Source of the DNA: a virus
Taxonomy: Duplodnaviria > Caudoviricetes
Length of the DNA stretch: 33,216 nucleotides
IMG/VR virus record: IMGVR_UViG_3300025693_000008
Span: 1 to 33,216 of that record
Strand: one strand, 5' to 3'
Below are positions 16,357 through 25,513 of the stretch, in pieces; the first letter of the stretch is position 1; each line of letters starts with the position of its first letter. The translations under genes were made by a program, and so were the position numbers. The notes below the pieces were generated by a model. That model saw only the letters and a list, made by a program, of their open reading frames with translations, made no database searches and was not told the DNA's origin.

Positions 16357-16746
16357 CTAGGGAATAAAGCCGTTGGCGTATTTGGATTTCCAGTCTGCAA
16401 GCTGGCGTTTGGTGTAGCTGCCGCTCAACTTGAAGGACATGTATTCTGTATCGACGACTACTCCACGAAGAAACTGCCGGCTATCCAGCTCGCCAATCAG
16501 GCTCAGCATACCAACTGCATCAAGGAGAGTTTCATCGTTGTTTGACTGGCGCCAGTTTATCGATACCCCTGCTTCGGAAAGTCCTCGCTGGGCTTTTCTC
16601 ATTTTCCGCTCATCGACATCCGAGAACTGGTAGATTTCGCCGTTCGGAAGCGAAACATCCGCCTCAAGGATAAGCAAAACTGTTGCTTTTAAATCATCTA
16701 GGGAGGCTGGTACATCTAATGGATCAAAGCTAAGATCAAGCGGCAT
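16357..16746 (-). CDS. Tail-fibre-associated protein, DUF4376-like
   Basis: NGEIYQF...INWRQSNNDETLL pattern; located downstream of a tail protein. Confidence 0.5.
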   Translation of the reverse strand: MPLDLSFDPLDVPASLDDLKATVLLILEADVSLPNGEIYQFSDVDERKMRKAQRGLSEAGVSINWRQSNNDETLLDAVGMLSLIGELDSRQFLRGVVVDTEYMSFKLSGSYTKRQLADWKSKYANGFIP

Positions 16747-17125
16747 AGATGGTCACCTCGCGAGGTAGAATTTCGACACCAGTAAAGACGAAAGTGTAGG
16801 CTCCGGACTCTGGTGTAGAAAAGCTAATCTCACTTTCTGAGAGCTCAATCTTCACGCCGCTTGGGCCAACTACCGAGACACCATGAAATTCTGGAATTTG
16901 TATCATCGCTGTCGAAAAGCCGTCGGCACTGATAGCTTTAGATGTGTAAAAAACCTCCAGCACCCTGCAGACGACAACGCCAAGCCCATCGTGAAAATAG
17001 TCCTCTCCGTAGCTACCCTCTGTGGCCGTACAGCCAGCTGGAATATCCTCATTCATGAGAGCGCCAATCAAGTTGTGGCTATAGCTGCCATCAGCATTAA
17101 ATACCGTATAGTCGAAACCGTTCAT
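16736..17125 (-). CDS. Hypothetical tail-associated protein
   Basis: 129-aa beta-rich ORF coupled to both neighbours. Confidence 0.65.
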   Translation of the reverse strand: MNGFDYTVFNADGSYSHNLIGALMNEDIPAGCTATEGSYGEDYFHDGLGVVVCRVLEVFYTSKAISADGFSTAMIQIPEFHGVSVVGPSGVKIELSESEISFSTPESGAYTFVFTGVEILPREVTIYAA

Positions 17126-18594
17126 CGCTTAGCCCCAACCAGCCGCATATTGCTATCCGCCACCCAGAAATGACCGCCATCGCCGTTACTGTAGAACCGG
17201 CATTGGAGGGTGTAGGTGTGGTTTCCATCACCGGGCTTATCCTCATATTGCAACAATGAACGATCCTGAATCCCATACCAACCGCGGGCCTTGCTATTGC
17301 TTGAGTCTCGCTTTCCTAAGAATTCATCTGCCCCCCATGATCGAATCAAAGAGCCATTTCGACGTAGCTCAGCTTGTATCCAGTACTCACCACTTTCCCC
17401 GCTGTCATAGTTCCCCCATGACATCGAGGCGAAAGCGCAGTCGATCAAAACAACTGAGGTAGATGTCGAATGACTAATGCCTATCGCTTTCGTGGAGACA
17501 GTTCCCCAGCCACCATAGCCGCTTGAGGTTTTATAGGATATTTCTCGTTTGGATGCGTTGTAATAGGAGGCAGTTATGACAATGGCACCTCCCTTAATCA
17601 TTAGGGTATCGATAGCATTTACAACATTTGCCTTGATGCTTGTGGCTTCAATATCACCCCTGACATAAGCATTCGCCGAATAAATATCACCTCGGAAATA
17701 CCCGCTATGACACTCAAAACTTCCATCCTTATTCCAGTGCCAGCCTGACGCCCCAGGCATGTAATTTGCCGATTCAATGACTTGGCCAATCTGGGCATTC
17801 CCAATCCAGCCATCACCCATTTTCGCATTTACAAAAGCAGCGTTAAATGAGGTGAGTTTATCCGCCGCCAAATTCTCAACCTGTGCACTTGTCACCGTGA
17901 GATTGTGAATATATGCGGCATCCATAAGCACTTTGCCTTCGTGAACCACAAAGGTAAGTGATGCGTCTCCATTAGAGCGAATGGCGAACGTTGAGGCGTC
18001 GAATATCTGGGCCTCGTTAAGTTGGCCGGTTGTTATTTTATCTTCTAATTGAGCGAGTAAGGCATCGGCTCTCACGCTTGGGGTAAGTGAAATTCCGGCC
18101 GTAGATTGAATTGGTCCCTTATCGTCAACACTATTAACATGGCGAATCCAATAATAGTGTTTGCTTGTGTAGTCAATTTCGTCTGCATAAATCCCTGCAT
18201 TGGATGTGCCCATCAATACGGCCGAGGCAAAATCATCACTTGAGTTTCGCCAAACCTCGGTGTTCGCATAACCACCAAAGCTTGGCTGTTTCCATGTTGC
18301 CAATGCATAGGATAGAGAAGCCACAACCTCTACGATTTCAGGTAGAGACGGCGCCTCGACAACAATCTCGGTAGAACTGTTCACTCCGGTAGGTAGCGCG
18401 GATTGAAAGGTTCGATTACGACTAGAGCCCTGCTTCGACACAAATCCTAATGTTAATAGGTCGCGCCAGGTAGGCGCAGAATCTAGATTGTCGCCGCGAG
18501 CTCCCATCAATTGCTCAATGTTCTCAGCTAAAGCGACAATGTCGCGCGACTGCTTTCCTGTCTTTGGAATCGGCGTAAACGTTTTGTGGGCCAT
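17122..18594 (-). CDS. Tail/host-specificity protein (FN3-like + DUF1983-like)
   Basis: NTEVWR...YYWIRHVN...GP FN3-like segment; FDASTFAI...FVV...V.MDAAYI and IESANYMPGASGW.WNKDGSFE motifs. Confidence 0.75.
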   Translation of the reverse strand: MAHKTFTPIPKTGKQSRDIVALAENIEQLMGARGDNLDSAPTWRDLLTLGFVSKQGSSRNRTFQSALPTGVNSSTEIVVEAPSLPEIVEVVASLSYALATWKQPSFGGYANTEVWRNSSDDFASAVLMGTSNAGIYADEIDYTSKHYYWIRHVNSVDDKGPIQSTAGISLTPSVRADALLAQLEDKITTGQLNEAQIFDASTFAIRSNGDASLTFVVHEGKVLMDAAYIHNLTVTSAQVENLAADKLTSFNAAFVNAKMGDGWIGNAQIGQVIESANYMPGASGWHWNKDGSFECHSGYFRGDIYSANAYVRGDIEATSIKANVVNAIDTLMIKGGAIVITASYYNASKREISYKTSSGYGGWGTVSTKAIGISHSTSTSVVLIDCAFASMSWGNYDSGESGEYWIQAELRRNGSLIRSWGADEFLGKRDSSNSKARGWYGIQDRSLLQYEDKPGDGNHTYTLQCRFYSNGDGGHFWVADSNMRLVGAKR

Positions 18595-20201
18595 TAAAGC
18601 TCGCTCATACTTGTTGCAATGGTCATTCGTGGCGCCTGACCTGTACCAGTCACTTCAAATTGAATCGCCCTACCCTGGAGCTTTGGAAGCTTGAAAACGT
18701 TCACTGGAAGGCTTGTAACTGACAGCACTTCGATTCCATCGACCCAAAACTTCAAGCCAAGTTTGGTTGGATCAGGCGAATCAATGCGCATACAGTTAAA
18801 GGGGATTTCAGGTATATCGAATACCTTTGAGCGCCAAGTCATTGTTAATGGCGTGTTGGCCGTATTCCATGAATGGAGCTGACCACTAATTACCAAATAG
18901 AGTGTGTCGCTTTCGATGTCCGAATAGCCTGCTGTCGCATAAGTGCTTAGGCGAACAATACTGCCGTCTTCGGGGTCAAATACGAAACCTCCTACGCCGT
19001 TACCATCTCCACTTGAGTCGCCATAAAACGCGAAGTACTTGTCTTCGTATCGATAAGCGTGAATAGTCTCTAGCTGAAATTGCTCCCAGTTCTTTTTCTT
19101 AACAATGGATTTGGTAATTAGCCTGGCGCTGGATTCAGTCACTGCGACCAATCCGTCTGGGCTCGCGTACAAGATGAACGACCCCATATCGACGATCGAT
19201 CGGGCAGACACGCACGCTTGCATTTCGTCAAGCTCTTCGACGCCCATTGCTGACGGGTGACCACCAGAAAGAATGTAGGGCTTACCTTCAGTAACGACGA
19301 CAACGCCGTAACGACTGGGTGCCAGCGCGACTATGTCGTATTCAACTGAATGCCGGTACCCAAATGGATAGGCGTAAGGAAGGTATGGCTCGGAGACACA
19401 AACTTCATTCCCCTTGAACACTGCCGTCGAACCATTCGCTAGCGCGACGATTCCTTGAGCCCCTATAGGTGGCGCCACGTAAGTCGATGTATCAATCACT
19501 CCGCCCAGCGCATCACCAGCAACATCATCAGTAAACGTCGTTGTAGCCAATGGAATCTTCGCAACGAACAAAAAGTCGTCGGTGGTTCCGACTGCCGTTC
19601 GATAAATTTTCTTGTGCGTGATGTTCTGAGTATTCTGCGTGGGTACTGGCAACGTCAGCGCTGCGGTGTCATTCGGATGCCTTGTTTCAATAGCAGCGCT
19701 TGCTGGGCCTTGCGGGCCCTCTTCTCCGTACTCGGTGACATAGGTCATTACGTAGTAACGAGTCTCATCATCTGAATAATCAGCTGGATCTGCACCCGAG
19801 TCGTTTACGGTACCGCTGATCGAAACTGTTGGCGCAGGAATGCCAAGATCATAGCTGGCTGCCGGCATTGGATTCGAACCGGTAGCGATTAGATTTGAAG
19901 TGACCTTGGCGCCAGCACTGTCGGTGTAGTAGACACGGCGATAAGCATCTTGAGCAATCGGGCTTTTGACAGCATGAACAATATCGTTCCAGCTGAACCA
20001 GTGTTCGTTCTCGTATTTATGGAGAGAATGAACCACGCCCGTTCTCAGGCTTACAGCGACGGGATTGAGATCAGAATACGGCTGAATTCGTCCGTGCTCT
20101 AGGTAAACATTTTCAGCGAACGCGGCCGCACTGGTTGGTAAAGTCTTTAAATCCGCCGCAGGGATTTCGCCGCGCGGTAATGTTATGTCGATAGTAGGCA
20201 T
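18594..20201 (-). CDS. Tail nozzle/stabilisation protein
   Basis: About 535 aa, beta-rich; RYYVMTYVTEYGEEGP, KIYRT, SEPYLPYAYP and CVSARSIV motifs of podoviral tail proteins. GAGGGG RBS before ATG 20201. Confidence 0.7.
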   Translation of the reverse strand: MPTIDITLPRGEIPAADLKTLPTSAAAFAENVYLEHGRIQPYSDLNPVAVSLRTGVVHSLHKYENEHWFSWNDIVHAVKSPIAQDAYRRVYYTDSAGAKVTSNLIATGSNPMPAASYDLGIPAPTVSISGTVNDSGADPADYSDDETRYYVMTYVTEYGEEGPQGPASAAIETRHPNDTAALTLPVPTQNTQNITHKKIYRTAVGTTDDFLFVAKIPLATTTFTDDVAGDALGGVIDTSTYVAPPIGAQGIVALANGSTAVFKGNEVCVSEPYLPYAYPFGYRHSVEYDIVALAPSRYGVVVVTEGKPYILSGGHPSAMGVEELDEMQACVSARSIVDMGSFILYASPDGLVAVTESSARLITKSIVKKKNWEQFQLETIHAYRYEDKYFAFYGDSSGDGNGVGGFVFDPEDGSIVRLSTYATAGYSDIESDTLYLVISGQLHSWNTANTPLTMTWRSKVFDIPEIPFNCMRIDSPDPTKLGLKFWVDGIEVLSVTSLPVNVFKLPKLQGRAIQFEVTGTGQAPRMTIATSMSEL

Positions 20202-20212
20202 TAGTTGGCCCC

Positions 20213-20989
20213 TCAATCACATCGGAGAAGAGATACAATAGGATCGCTCATGTCCCACTCACCGTTGCTAACCGCGAAACTGGAGCGTTCTGGGAACTTG
20301 TGGTGATTGTTTTCTAATTCACCGCCGCAGTAGAGTAGTTTCCAAAAGACACCATTTACATTGCGACTGTCATCGAGCGCATAGGTCTCGTAGCCCGACT
20401 TTCCATTGTGTCCGTGAATTACGCCTAAGCCGCACACAAAGATTGAAACCGTACAGGGTATAGCCCAAAACCAGACAAGGTACTCTAGCCCTACGCCCCC
20501 CAACACCAGTGGATACAGGATACTCAACGGCGCATATTTGAACGTGAATCTGGCACGTGGGTTTTTCAAGACTCGCCGGGTAAACGACTGGTCAAGACCG
20601 TCTTTCAAATAGTGGGCAGTGTAGTTATGCCATATCGCTTTGAATGGGTTGCCGCTTTTCCTCGCTCGGTAAATCGGGTCGGCGTCAGTGTCTACCTTGT
20701 CAGGGTCGTGGTGATTCATGTGCCCGCTGCCCCATAGCGCAGGATGCCCTTGCATGCCTAGCCAAGACGCCATCAACATGAACCATTCTGCCGCTGGACC
20801 AGCTTCAAACGCTTGATGCGTCCAGTATTTATGATTACCTACGTGATTGCCTACCATGTGAAAGTAGTAATACAGTGCTATGGCCACAACGGGGAGATAC
20901 CACGCGAAGTCAACGAATGGCGTCAATAGCACAGCAGTAAAACAAGCAATGACCTGAAAAATATGAACGTATCGAAAAAGTGCTTTCAT
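20213..20989 (-). CDS. Membrane fatty-acid desaturase (delta-9/DesC-like)
   Basis: His boxes GNHKYWTH, HMNHH(...DTDADP) and ENNHH; TM segments; DDSRNV and EWD motifs. Confidence 0.88.
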   Translation of the reverse strand: MKALFRYVHIFQVIACFTAVLLTPFVDFAWYLPVVAIALYYYFHMVGNHVGNHKYWTHQAFEAGPAAEWFMLMASWLGMQGHPALWGSGHMNHHDPDKVDTDADPIYRARKSGNPFKAIWHNYTAHYLKDGLDQSFTRRVLKNPRARFTFKYAPLSILYPLVLGGVGLEYLVWFWAIPCTVSIFVCGLGVIHGHNGKSGYETYALDDSRNVNGVFWKLLYCGGELENNHHKFPERSSFAVSNGEWDMSDPIVSLLRCD

Positions 20990-20992
20990 GGC

Positions 20993-21562
20993 TTACCTCT
21001 CGAATTCGGCAATTATGGTGTTTACGGTTGCAGTGAACGCGACCTTTCGACTTGGCAGGGGGATGTAGTTGCCCATTTTTAGAGTTCTATCTTCGGCGCT
21101 GCCCCCTCCGGCGCATATCACATATTCTCGATCCCGCTGAAACTCAAAGCCTTGCCCCTTTAATACTCGATGGCGTGCAAGAGCTTTTGGCCTAATGGTT
21201 ACATCTTCGTTTTTTAGCTGACAACAGAAGTAAGCCGCTGGCGAATCTGAATCGTTGGCTAGTGTTATTACGTCACCACTCAAAATGCTATCAAGCATTG
21301 GTGTCGCAGGAGACACGACCCCGAGGTCAACACCGTCGACGTTAACCTGTATCTCGCCTCCACCCACGCCGGTCACTTCGATTCTTTCGCGCTTGAGTGC
21401 CTGAGTATGCTGACCTTCTACGGTTTGACTGGAGAGCTCCAAGTCATCGATAACACCGGCTTCGGCCGGATAGTCTTGGCGGGATATTGGCAGGCTGGTT
21501 CTAGGTGGGATCAACAACACCATTAGTAAGTAGTTTTGACTTCTAAATAGGCTTGTATTCAA
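20993..21562 (-). CDS. Hypothetical protein, possibly cupin-like beta-barrel
   Basis: 189 aa with an alternating beta-strand pattern; coupled within the operon. Confidence 0.55.
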   Translation of the reverse strand: MNTSLFRSQNYLLMVLLIPPRTSLPISRQDYPAEAGVIDDLELSSQTVEGQHTQALKRERIEVTGVGGGEIQVNVDGVDLGVVSPATPMLDSILSGDVITLANDSDSPAAYFCCQLKNEDVTIRPKALARHRVLKGQGFEFQRDREYVICAGGGSAEDRTLKMGNYIPLPSRKVAFTATVNTIIAEFER

Positions 21563-21921
21563 AATATGACCTCGTTTACATTTAACGCTGTAGACACCGG
21601 CGCAGCGACCTCCTCCTCTGTTACCGCAAAAAACTCTTTCCCGATAACAGTCTGATAATTTGGTGCAACCAGGTTCTCTATTCTTGATGTGATCAATTGA
21701 GCTTCCCAGTCAGCTTGATACCCGCCGTTACCATCGACAATGATCTTCCGAAGCGCTGTCAACTGTTCATCAAAAGTGTTTTCTTCAAACGTGATAAATA
21801 CTTCTTCAGGTATCTCAATTTTGCGCTCCAAGAACTCAAGATCAGGCCGATTCACCGGCCTCAACTCAACGGTAAAGATACGCCCTAAAAATGATATTGG
21901 GACTATGTTGTATTGAATCAC
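21559..21921 (-). CDS. Hypothetical phage protein
   Basis: GTG at 21921 overlaps the upstream TAG; acidic, 120 aa. The longer 22026 start would overlap the upstream gene. Confidence 0.6.
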   Translation of the reverse strand: MIQYNIVPISFLGRIFTVELRPVNRPDLEFLERKIEIPEEVFITFEENTFDEQLTALRKIIVDGNGGYQADWEAQLITSRIENLVAPNYQTVIGKEFFAVTEEEVAAPVSTALNVNEVIF

Positions 21922-22451
21922 TAGTTGTACTCCGCAATAATTTGTCGCGTCCCTGACTTCCACACAGATAAAGCATTTAAATATGGTGTAAGCGGGGTGT
22001 CCCCTGAAAGGTCGCCTATCTGCCATACTGACGAGTCGTAGGTGCTGTTATATGATCGAGTAAAGTTGGATACATCAAACCAAATAGCACCCTCAATCCA
22101 CAATCGATCGAAAGGAGGTGTTGTGAAATTTCCGTTAAACGCCACAGTGAAAGCCGAAAATCCGTAGCCCACTCTTGAGACCGTCCTGCCGTTAAGGCTT
22201 CTAGTGTTAATCGATCCTTGAGCTATGCCCCCGTCGGCGTGGGAATAACCGAAAAAGTATTTAGTCTCTTCGCAGGTGACATTAAAGGTTTTTTGGGTAG
22301 ATCCGCTCTTGCCAATAAACTGACTCAGGGAAATTGCCCCACTTGCAGGAACCCCCGCCGCAGCGGCGTAATACTCGCTGAGGCTGTGAGGGGCTGCTCC
22401 TCCAAACACAGCAGCAAGTTCAGCCATGTCTGGTTGACTACTAACCGCCAC
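21921..22451 (-). CDS. Tail-fibre-associated small protein
   Basis: The N-terminal FGGAAPHSLSEYY...VPASGAISLSQF.G motif is often seen after S74-chaperone tail fibres. Confidence 0.65.
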   Translation of the reverse strand: MAVSSQPDMAELAAVFGGAAPHSLSEYYAAAAGVPASGAISLSQFIGKSGSTQKTFNVTCEETKYFFGYSHADGGIAQGSINTRSLNGRTVSRVGYGFSAFTVAFNGNFTTPPFDRLWIEGAIWFDVSNFTRSYNSTYDSSVWQIGDLSGDTPLTPYLNALSVWKSGTRQIIAEYN

Positions 22452-22659
22452 TGACAGCCTCCTTGGAGAGCATCAGCGTCTTAGGTCCACCACACTTCTC
22501 GCAGCGCAACAATACAGAATAATGCGTCGGATCTGTTTCGTCAGTTGAGTGCGATACATAGGAGAACTTACCTACGTCATTTTTGCCTCGACTCGCTCGC
22601 GCACAACCGCCGCAGGGCTCTTCTTGATATTCTTTGTCTGCAAACGCTTTAACGTCCAT
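22441..22659 (-). CDS. Small Zn-ribbon protein
   Basis: CGGC...CEKC; GGGAGG RBS; overlaps both neighbours. Confidence 0.65.
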   Translation of the reverse strand: MDVKAFADKEYQEEPCGGCARASRGKNDVGKFSYVSHSTDETDPTHYSVLLRCEKCGGPKTLMLSKEAVSGG

Positions 22660-24547
22660 CGAATACCTCCCCTCTTACTTCGTCTAGCTCAGACTTCAAT
22701 TCTTTTACCGCCTCGATCAGCAAGCCAGTAAGTGCAGAATCATCCACGCTCAAGGTGCCGCGCTCATCGTCGTTCTGGTACACCGCCTCCGGCAATACCG
22801 CTTGAACTTGCTGAGCCTTGTAGCCACCATGCCGGCGAGTAAGTTCCTCGGTCTCATCTTCTTCGTAATCCGTGCGGGTATAGGTCACGCCTTCAAGCGC
22901 ACAGACTTTTTCCAACGCATTATCAATCGGCTCAAAATTGGCCTTGATTCTGACATCTGAATAGGCGGTGACGTTGCCTGTTGCGGTGAAGTGGCCAGCA
23001 TCGTCAAAAGTAAACCTTGTGGTCGACCCGTCGCGGATGTACCAGTTACCGATACCGGAATTTAAGTCCGTGTACATGTGCGAACCGTTACAGAAGAACT
23101 CGGCATCACCGCCCGTACCAAAAGTAAGTAACTTGCTGTCCTTCATGTTCAGCGTATTGGTGTGGGTGTGTACGCCACTGATCGTGTCGGTAGCATCACT
23201 CCGCGCGTAACTCGCTCCATTTACTCCATCGAGCAATTGAGAGTCTGCCGCCTTTGCGCCAACGGCCAGCGCGCCTAACTGTGTGAGAGCGTCAGCTGCC
23301 GTCATTTTCCGAATGTAACCGTCGCTTCCAGTTTCAATAAAAAATGCAGTGACGGGCGTAGTCGTCCTAAATCCTGACGATGTATTGAAATACTTCGCAA
23401 AAACATAGCCGCTAGAAGTTCGTTTGACGATAGTGCTATTGCTTTCGTCAGTGCTCGCGACCGCACCGCCAAGCTTTGCAGAATCTGCTGCTTGCGCAGT
23501 AGCGCCCAGCTTCCCATCGAGCGCCGCTTGAAGCCCTGCAATTGAGCTAATCCCAAGGGCATCCAATGTGCTTCGGTTGATCTTGATGAAATCAACAACT
23601 TCCTGAATCTGATCGAGCGTTGCGTCGTCACTCAACAGCACAGAATTAATATTGTCTAAGGCCGATTGCAGCCCTGTGACTTCTGCAATTGAATGCGCGG
23701 CCGGATGACTGTAAACCGTGTCCGTGTCGGTAAAAACAGCGCCGGGAGGAACGTCGGTCTGAACTCTGCTAGCGTCCAACTTGGCCAACAGTGCCGAAGC
23801 TAACCCGTCAACCTCAGAGATTAAGTGTGTCGACGGGTGAACGTAAACGGTGTCTGTAAATAGCGCCCCTAGTGGCACTGGGGTTAGTAGATTATCCGCC
23901 CTGGCATAGAACGCCGGAAGCTGACCGCCCAAACGATCCGTGTCGTAAGCTGTCCCACCAATGGCGACGTATCGGACCGAAAGATCGACCATGCCTTGTA
24001 AGCCATCAACAGAGGTGACACTTCCGGCAGAGGCTTGAGCTTGATCTCGGAAGCCTTCGGCTTCATTCCGTAGGTTCTGAGTATCATCCTTGAAACCACC
24101 AGCCGTATTCGCGCTGTTAAGAGCTTCAGCGGACTTTTCCCCAACGACTGTTGCGCTAGTAGAAACTTGATCTCTGAATTCTTCAGCCTGGTCTCTTAAA
24201 GTTTGAGTCTCCCCTCTTAGGGTGTTGGCAGTATTGGCGCTAGCTAGAGACTCAGCGGCCTTCTCTCCAGCGGCCGTCGCGCTAGAAGACACTTGATTTA
24301 GCATCTCCGCCGCTTCCTGATTACTTGTTTCGGCGTCTGACGCACTATCGGCAGCAGACTCAACGGCAGCTACAATCGATTGCGTGGCTTCTATCGCTTC
24401 ATCACGATGGCTTTTCGCCGCCAAAGCGTAAGCTGCAGCTAGGCTGTGCCCCGATTGTTCTTTGACGGTAATACCTCGGTTAACCAGTGAAGCGCTAACT
24501 ATATCGCCATCTTTAACTCGAGCTGAAATTGTATTGCGGGTAGTCAC
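22649..24547 (-). CDS. Tail fibre with C-terminal peptidase S74 intramolecular chaperone
   Basis: Ala/Ser coiled coil, H-x-I-x-x-V-x-GL-x-x-AL tail repeats and GNVTAYSDVRIK...NALEKV..LEGVTY...AQQVQAVLPEAV. Probable GTG start at 24547 after GGAG (alternative start 24574). Confidence 0.9.
   Translation of the reverse strand: MTTRNTISARVKDGDIVSASLVNRGITVKEQSGHSLAAAYALAAKSHRDEAIEATQSIVAAVESAADSASDAETSNQEAAEMLNQVSSSATAAGEKAAESLASANTANTLRGETQTLRDQAEEFRDQVSTSATVVGEKSAEALNSANTAGGFKDDTQNLRNEAEGFRDQAQASAGSVTSVDGLQGMVDLSVRYVAIGGTAYDTDRLGGQLPAFYARADNLLTPVPLGALFTDTVYVHPSTHLISEVDGLASALLAKLDASRVQTDVPPGAVFTDTDTVYSHPAAHSIAEVTGLQSALDNINSVLLSDDATLDQIQEVVDFIKINRSTLDALGISSIAGLQAALDGKLGATAQAADSAKLGGAVASTDESNSTIVKRTSSGYVFAKYFNTSSGFRTTTPVTAFFIETGSDGYIRKMTAADALTQLGALAVGAKAADSQLLDGVNGASYARSDATDTISGVHTHTNTLNMKDSKLLTFGTGGDAEFFCNGSHMYTDLNSGIGNWYIRDGSTTRFTFDDAGHFTATGNVTAYSDVRIKANFEPIDNALEKVCALEGVTYTRTDYEEDETEELTRRHGGYKAQQVQAVLPEAVYQNDDERGTLSVDDSALTGLLIEAVKELKSELDEVRGEVFDGR
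24044..24295 (-). repeat. Two tandem 42-aa (126-bp) repeats in the tail fibre
   Basis: QVSSSATAAGEKAAESLASANTANTLRGETQTLRDQAEEFRD / QVSTSATVVGEKSAEALNSANTAGGFKDDTQNLRNEAEGFRD. Confidence 0.85.
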
Positions 24548-24548
24548 A

Positions 24549-24902
24549 CTAATACTCCATTCCAAGTTTTCCATCAAACCTAGTTAGAACAATGTCTTCT
24601 GGCGCCGATGTAATGATCTCTTTCAACTCATAATGGTATTTCGTCGCTTCGAGCTGACTAGTGACGGATCTGTCCACTCTCACGGTAACCAAGCCTGCAT
24701 CGCTTTCAGATCCAGCCTGAACTACCCAGTCAAGAAAAACCGGTGATGTCGCGTCCTCTGCGCTTTCGTCGAGCTTCAGAGTAAAAGTGTACCGTTTACC
24801 CACTTGAGGGATCGGTGCATTCGTTTCATCGTCTACGAATTCAAAAGGTTGTATGAGTGTATCTCCGACTTTCGAAGACTGGAGATCTTGCGTAATTGTC
24901 AT
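24549..24902 (-). CDS. BppU-N-like fibre attachment domain protein
   Basis: GDT....F.F.D...PI...G....FTLK...GLVTV......T..L....YHYEL......T...GK pattern, directly upstream of the fibre. Confidence 0.55.
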   Translation of the reverse strand: MTITQDLQSSKVGDTLIQPFEFVDDETNAPIPQVGKRYTFTLKLDESAEDATSPVFLDWVVQAGSESDAGLVTVRVDRSVTSQLEATKYHYELKEIITSAPEDIVLTRFDGKLGMEY

Positions 24903-24904
24903 GT

Positions 24905-25513
24905 TTAAACCCAGCGACGTGGTTTTACAGTTGGACTCGAGCCGGACATGCCGACTGCCTTTTGGATTTTTGCTTTATGAACGGCTTGCTCGAATTGAGC
25001 GTTGAAGTTCGGCGCCAGCTCAGGAATGCCCCATTCTGCTTTCGGTTGCATCAACAAATAAGCCGCAGCGCCAGCGGCGATACCCTCCGCCCACTGATCG
25101 GTAACTACATCGGGTAGCGACGTAGCATCAAAAGTTGGAAGGCAAGTTACTTTGATGGTTAGTCGGTCTTTCGCTTTTGCTGAGCCATCGAACTGAAGAA
25201 AATAGTCTCCGTCGTTTTCAACAGAAGCGGCTCGCGCGGCACCTTCAACATCTAAAGGTGAACTGGTTAAGATTCCATACGATTGACGCTCACCCTTGAT
25301 CTCTTCTACCGAAAGCAAGGCCGTATCCTTCGGAAGATCGATGTAAGCCTTCGCGCTACCTTCAGGCAGTGTTGATCGTCCGGTGTATGTCCAAACCCTT
25401 GCGCGGCGACAAAGCTCACGAGCCTTGCGTATCAATGCGGCTCGCACTTTTGCCTTTGGCGCTTCGGGTACGTCCGAAAGAACGAGCGGGATTAGTTCGT
25501 CGATATTAGCCAT
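24905..25513 (-). CDS. Head-tail adaptor-like virion protein
   Basis: 202 aa; VPEAP...V..AL...ARELCRR..VW and W.EGIAAGA...L..QP...W; gene position. Confidence 0.65.
   Translation of the reverse strand: MANIDELIPLVLSDVPEAPKAKVRAALIRKARELCRRARVWTYTGRSTLPEGSAKAYIDLPKDTALLSVEEIKGERQSYGILTSSPLDVEGAARAASVENDGDYFLQFDGSAKAKDRLTIKVTCLPTFDATSLPDVVTDQWAEGIAAGAAAYLLMQPKAEWGIPELAPNFNAQFEQAVHKAKIQKAVGMSGSSPTVKPRRWV

Noticed and set aside
21922-22026. Extended start of ORF 21559..22026
   Set aside because: It would overlap the upstream gene by over 100 bp; the coupled GTG at 21921 is more plausible.
17122-24547. Diversity-generating retroelement or invertible tail-fibre switch
   Set aside because: No reverse transcriptase or invertase gene, and no template/variable repeat pair noticed by eye.
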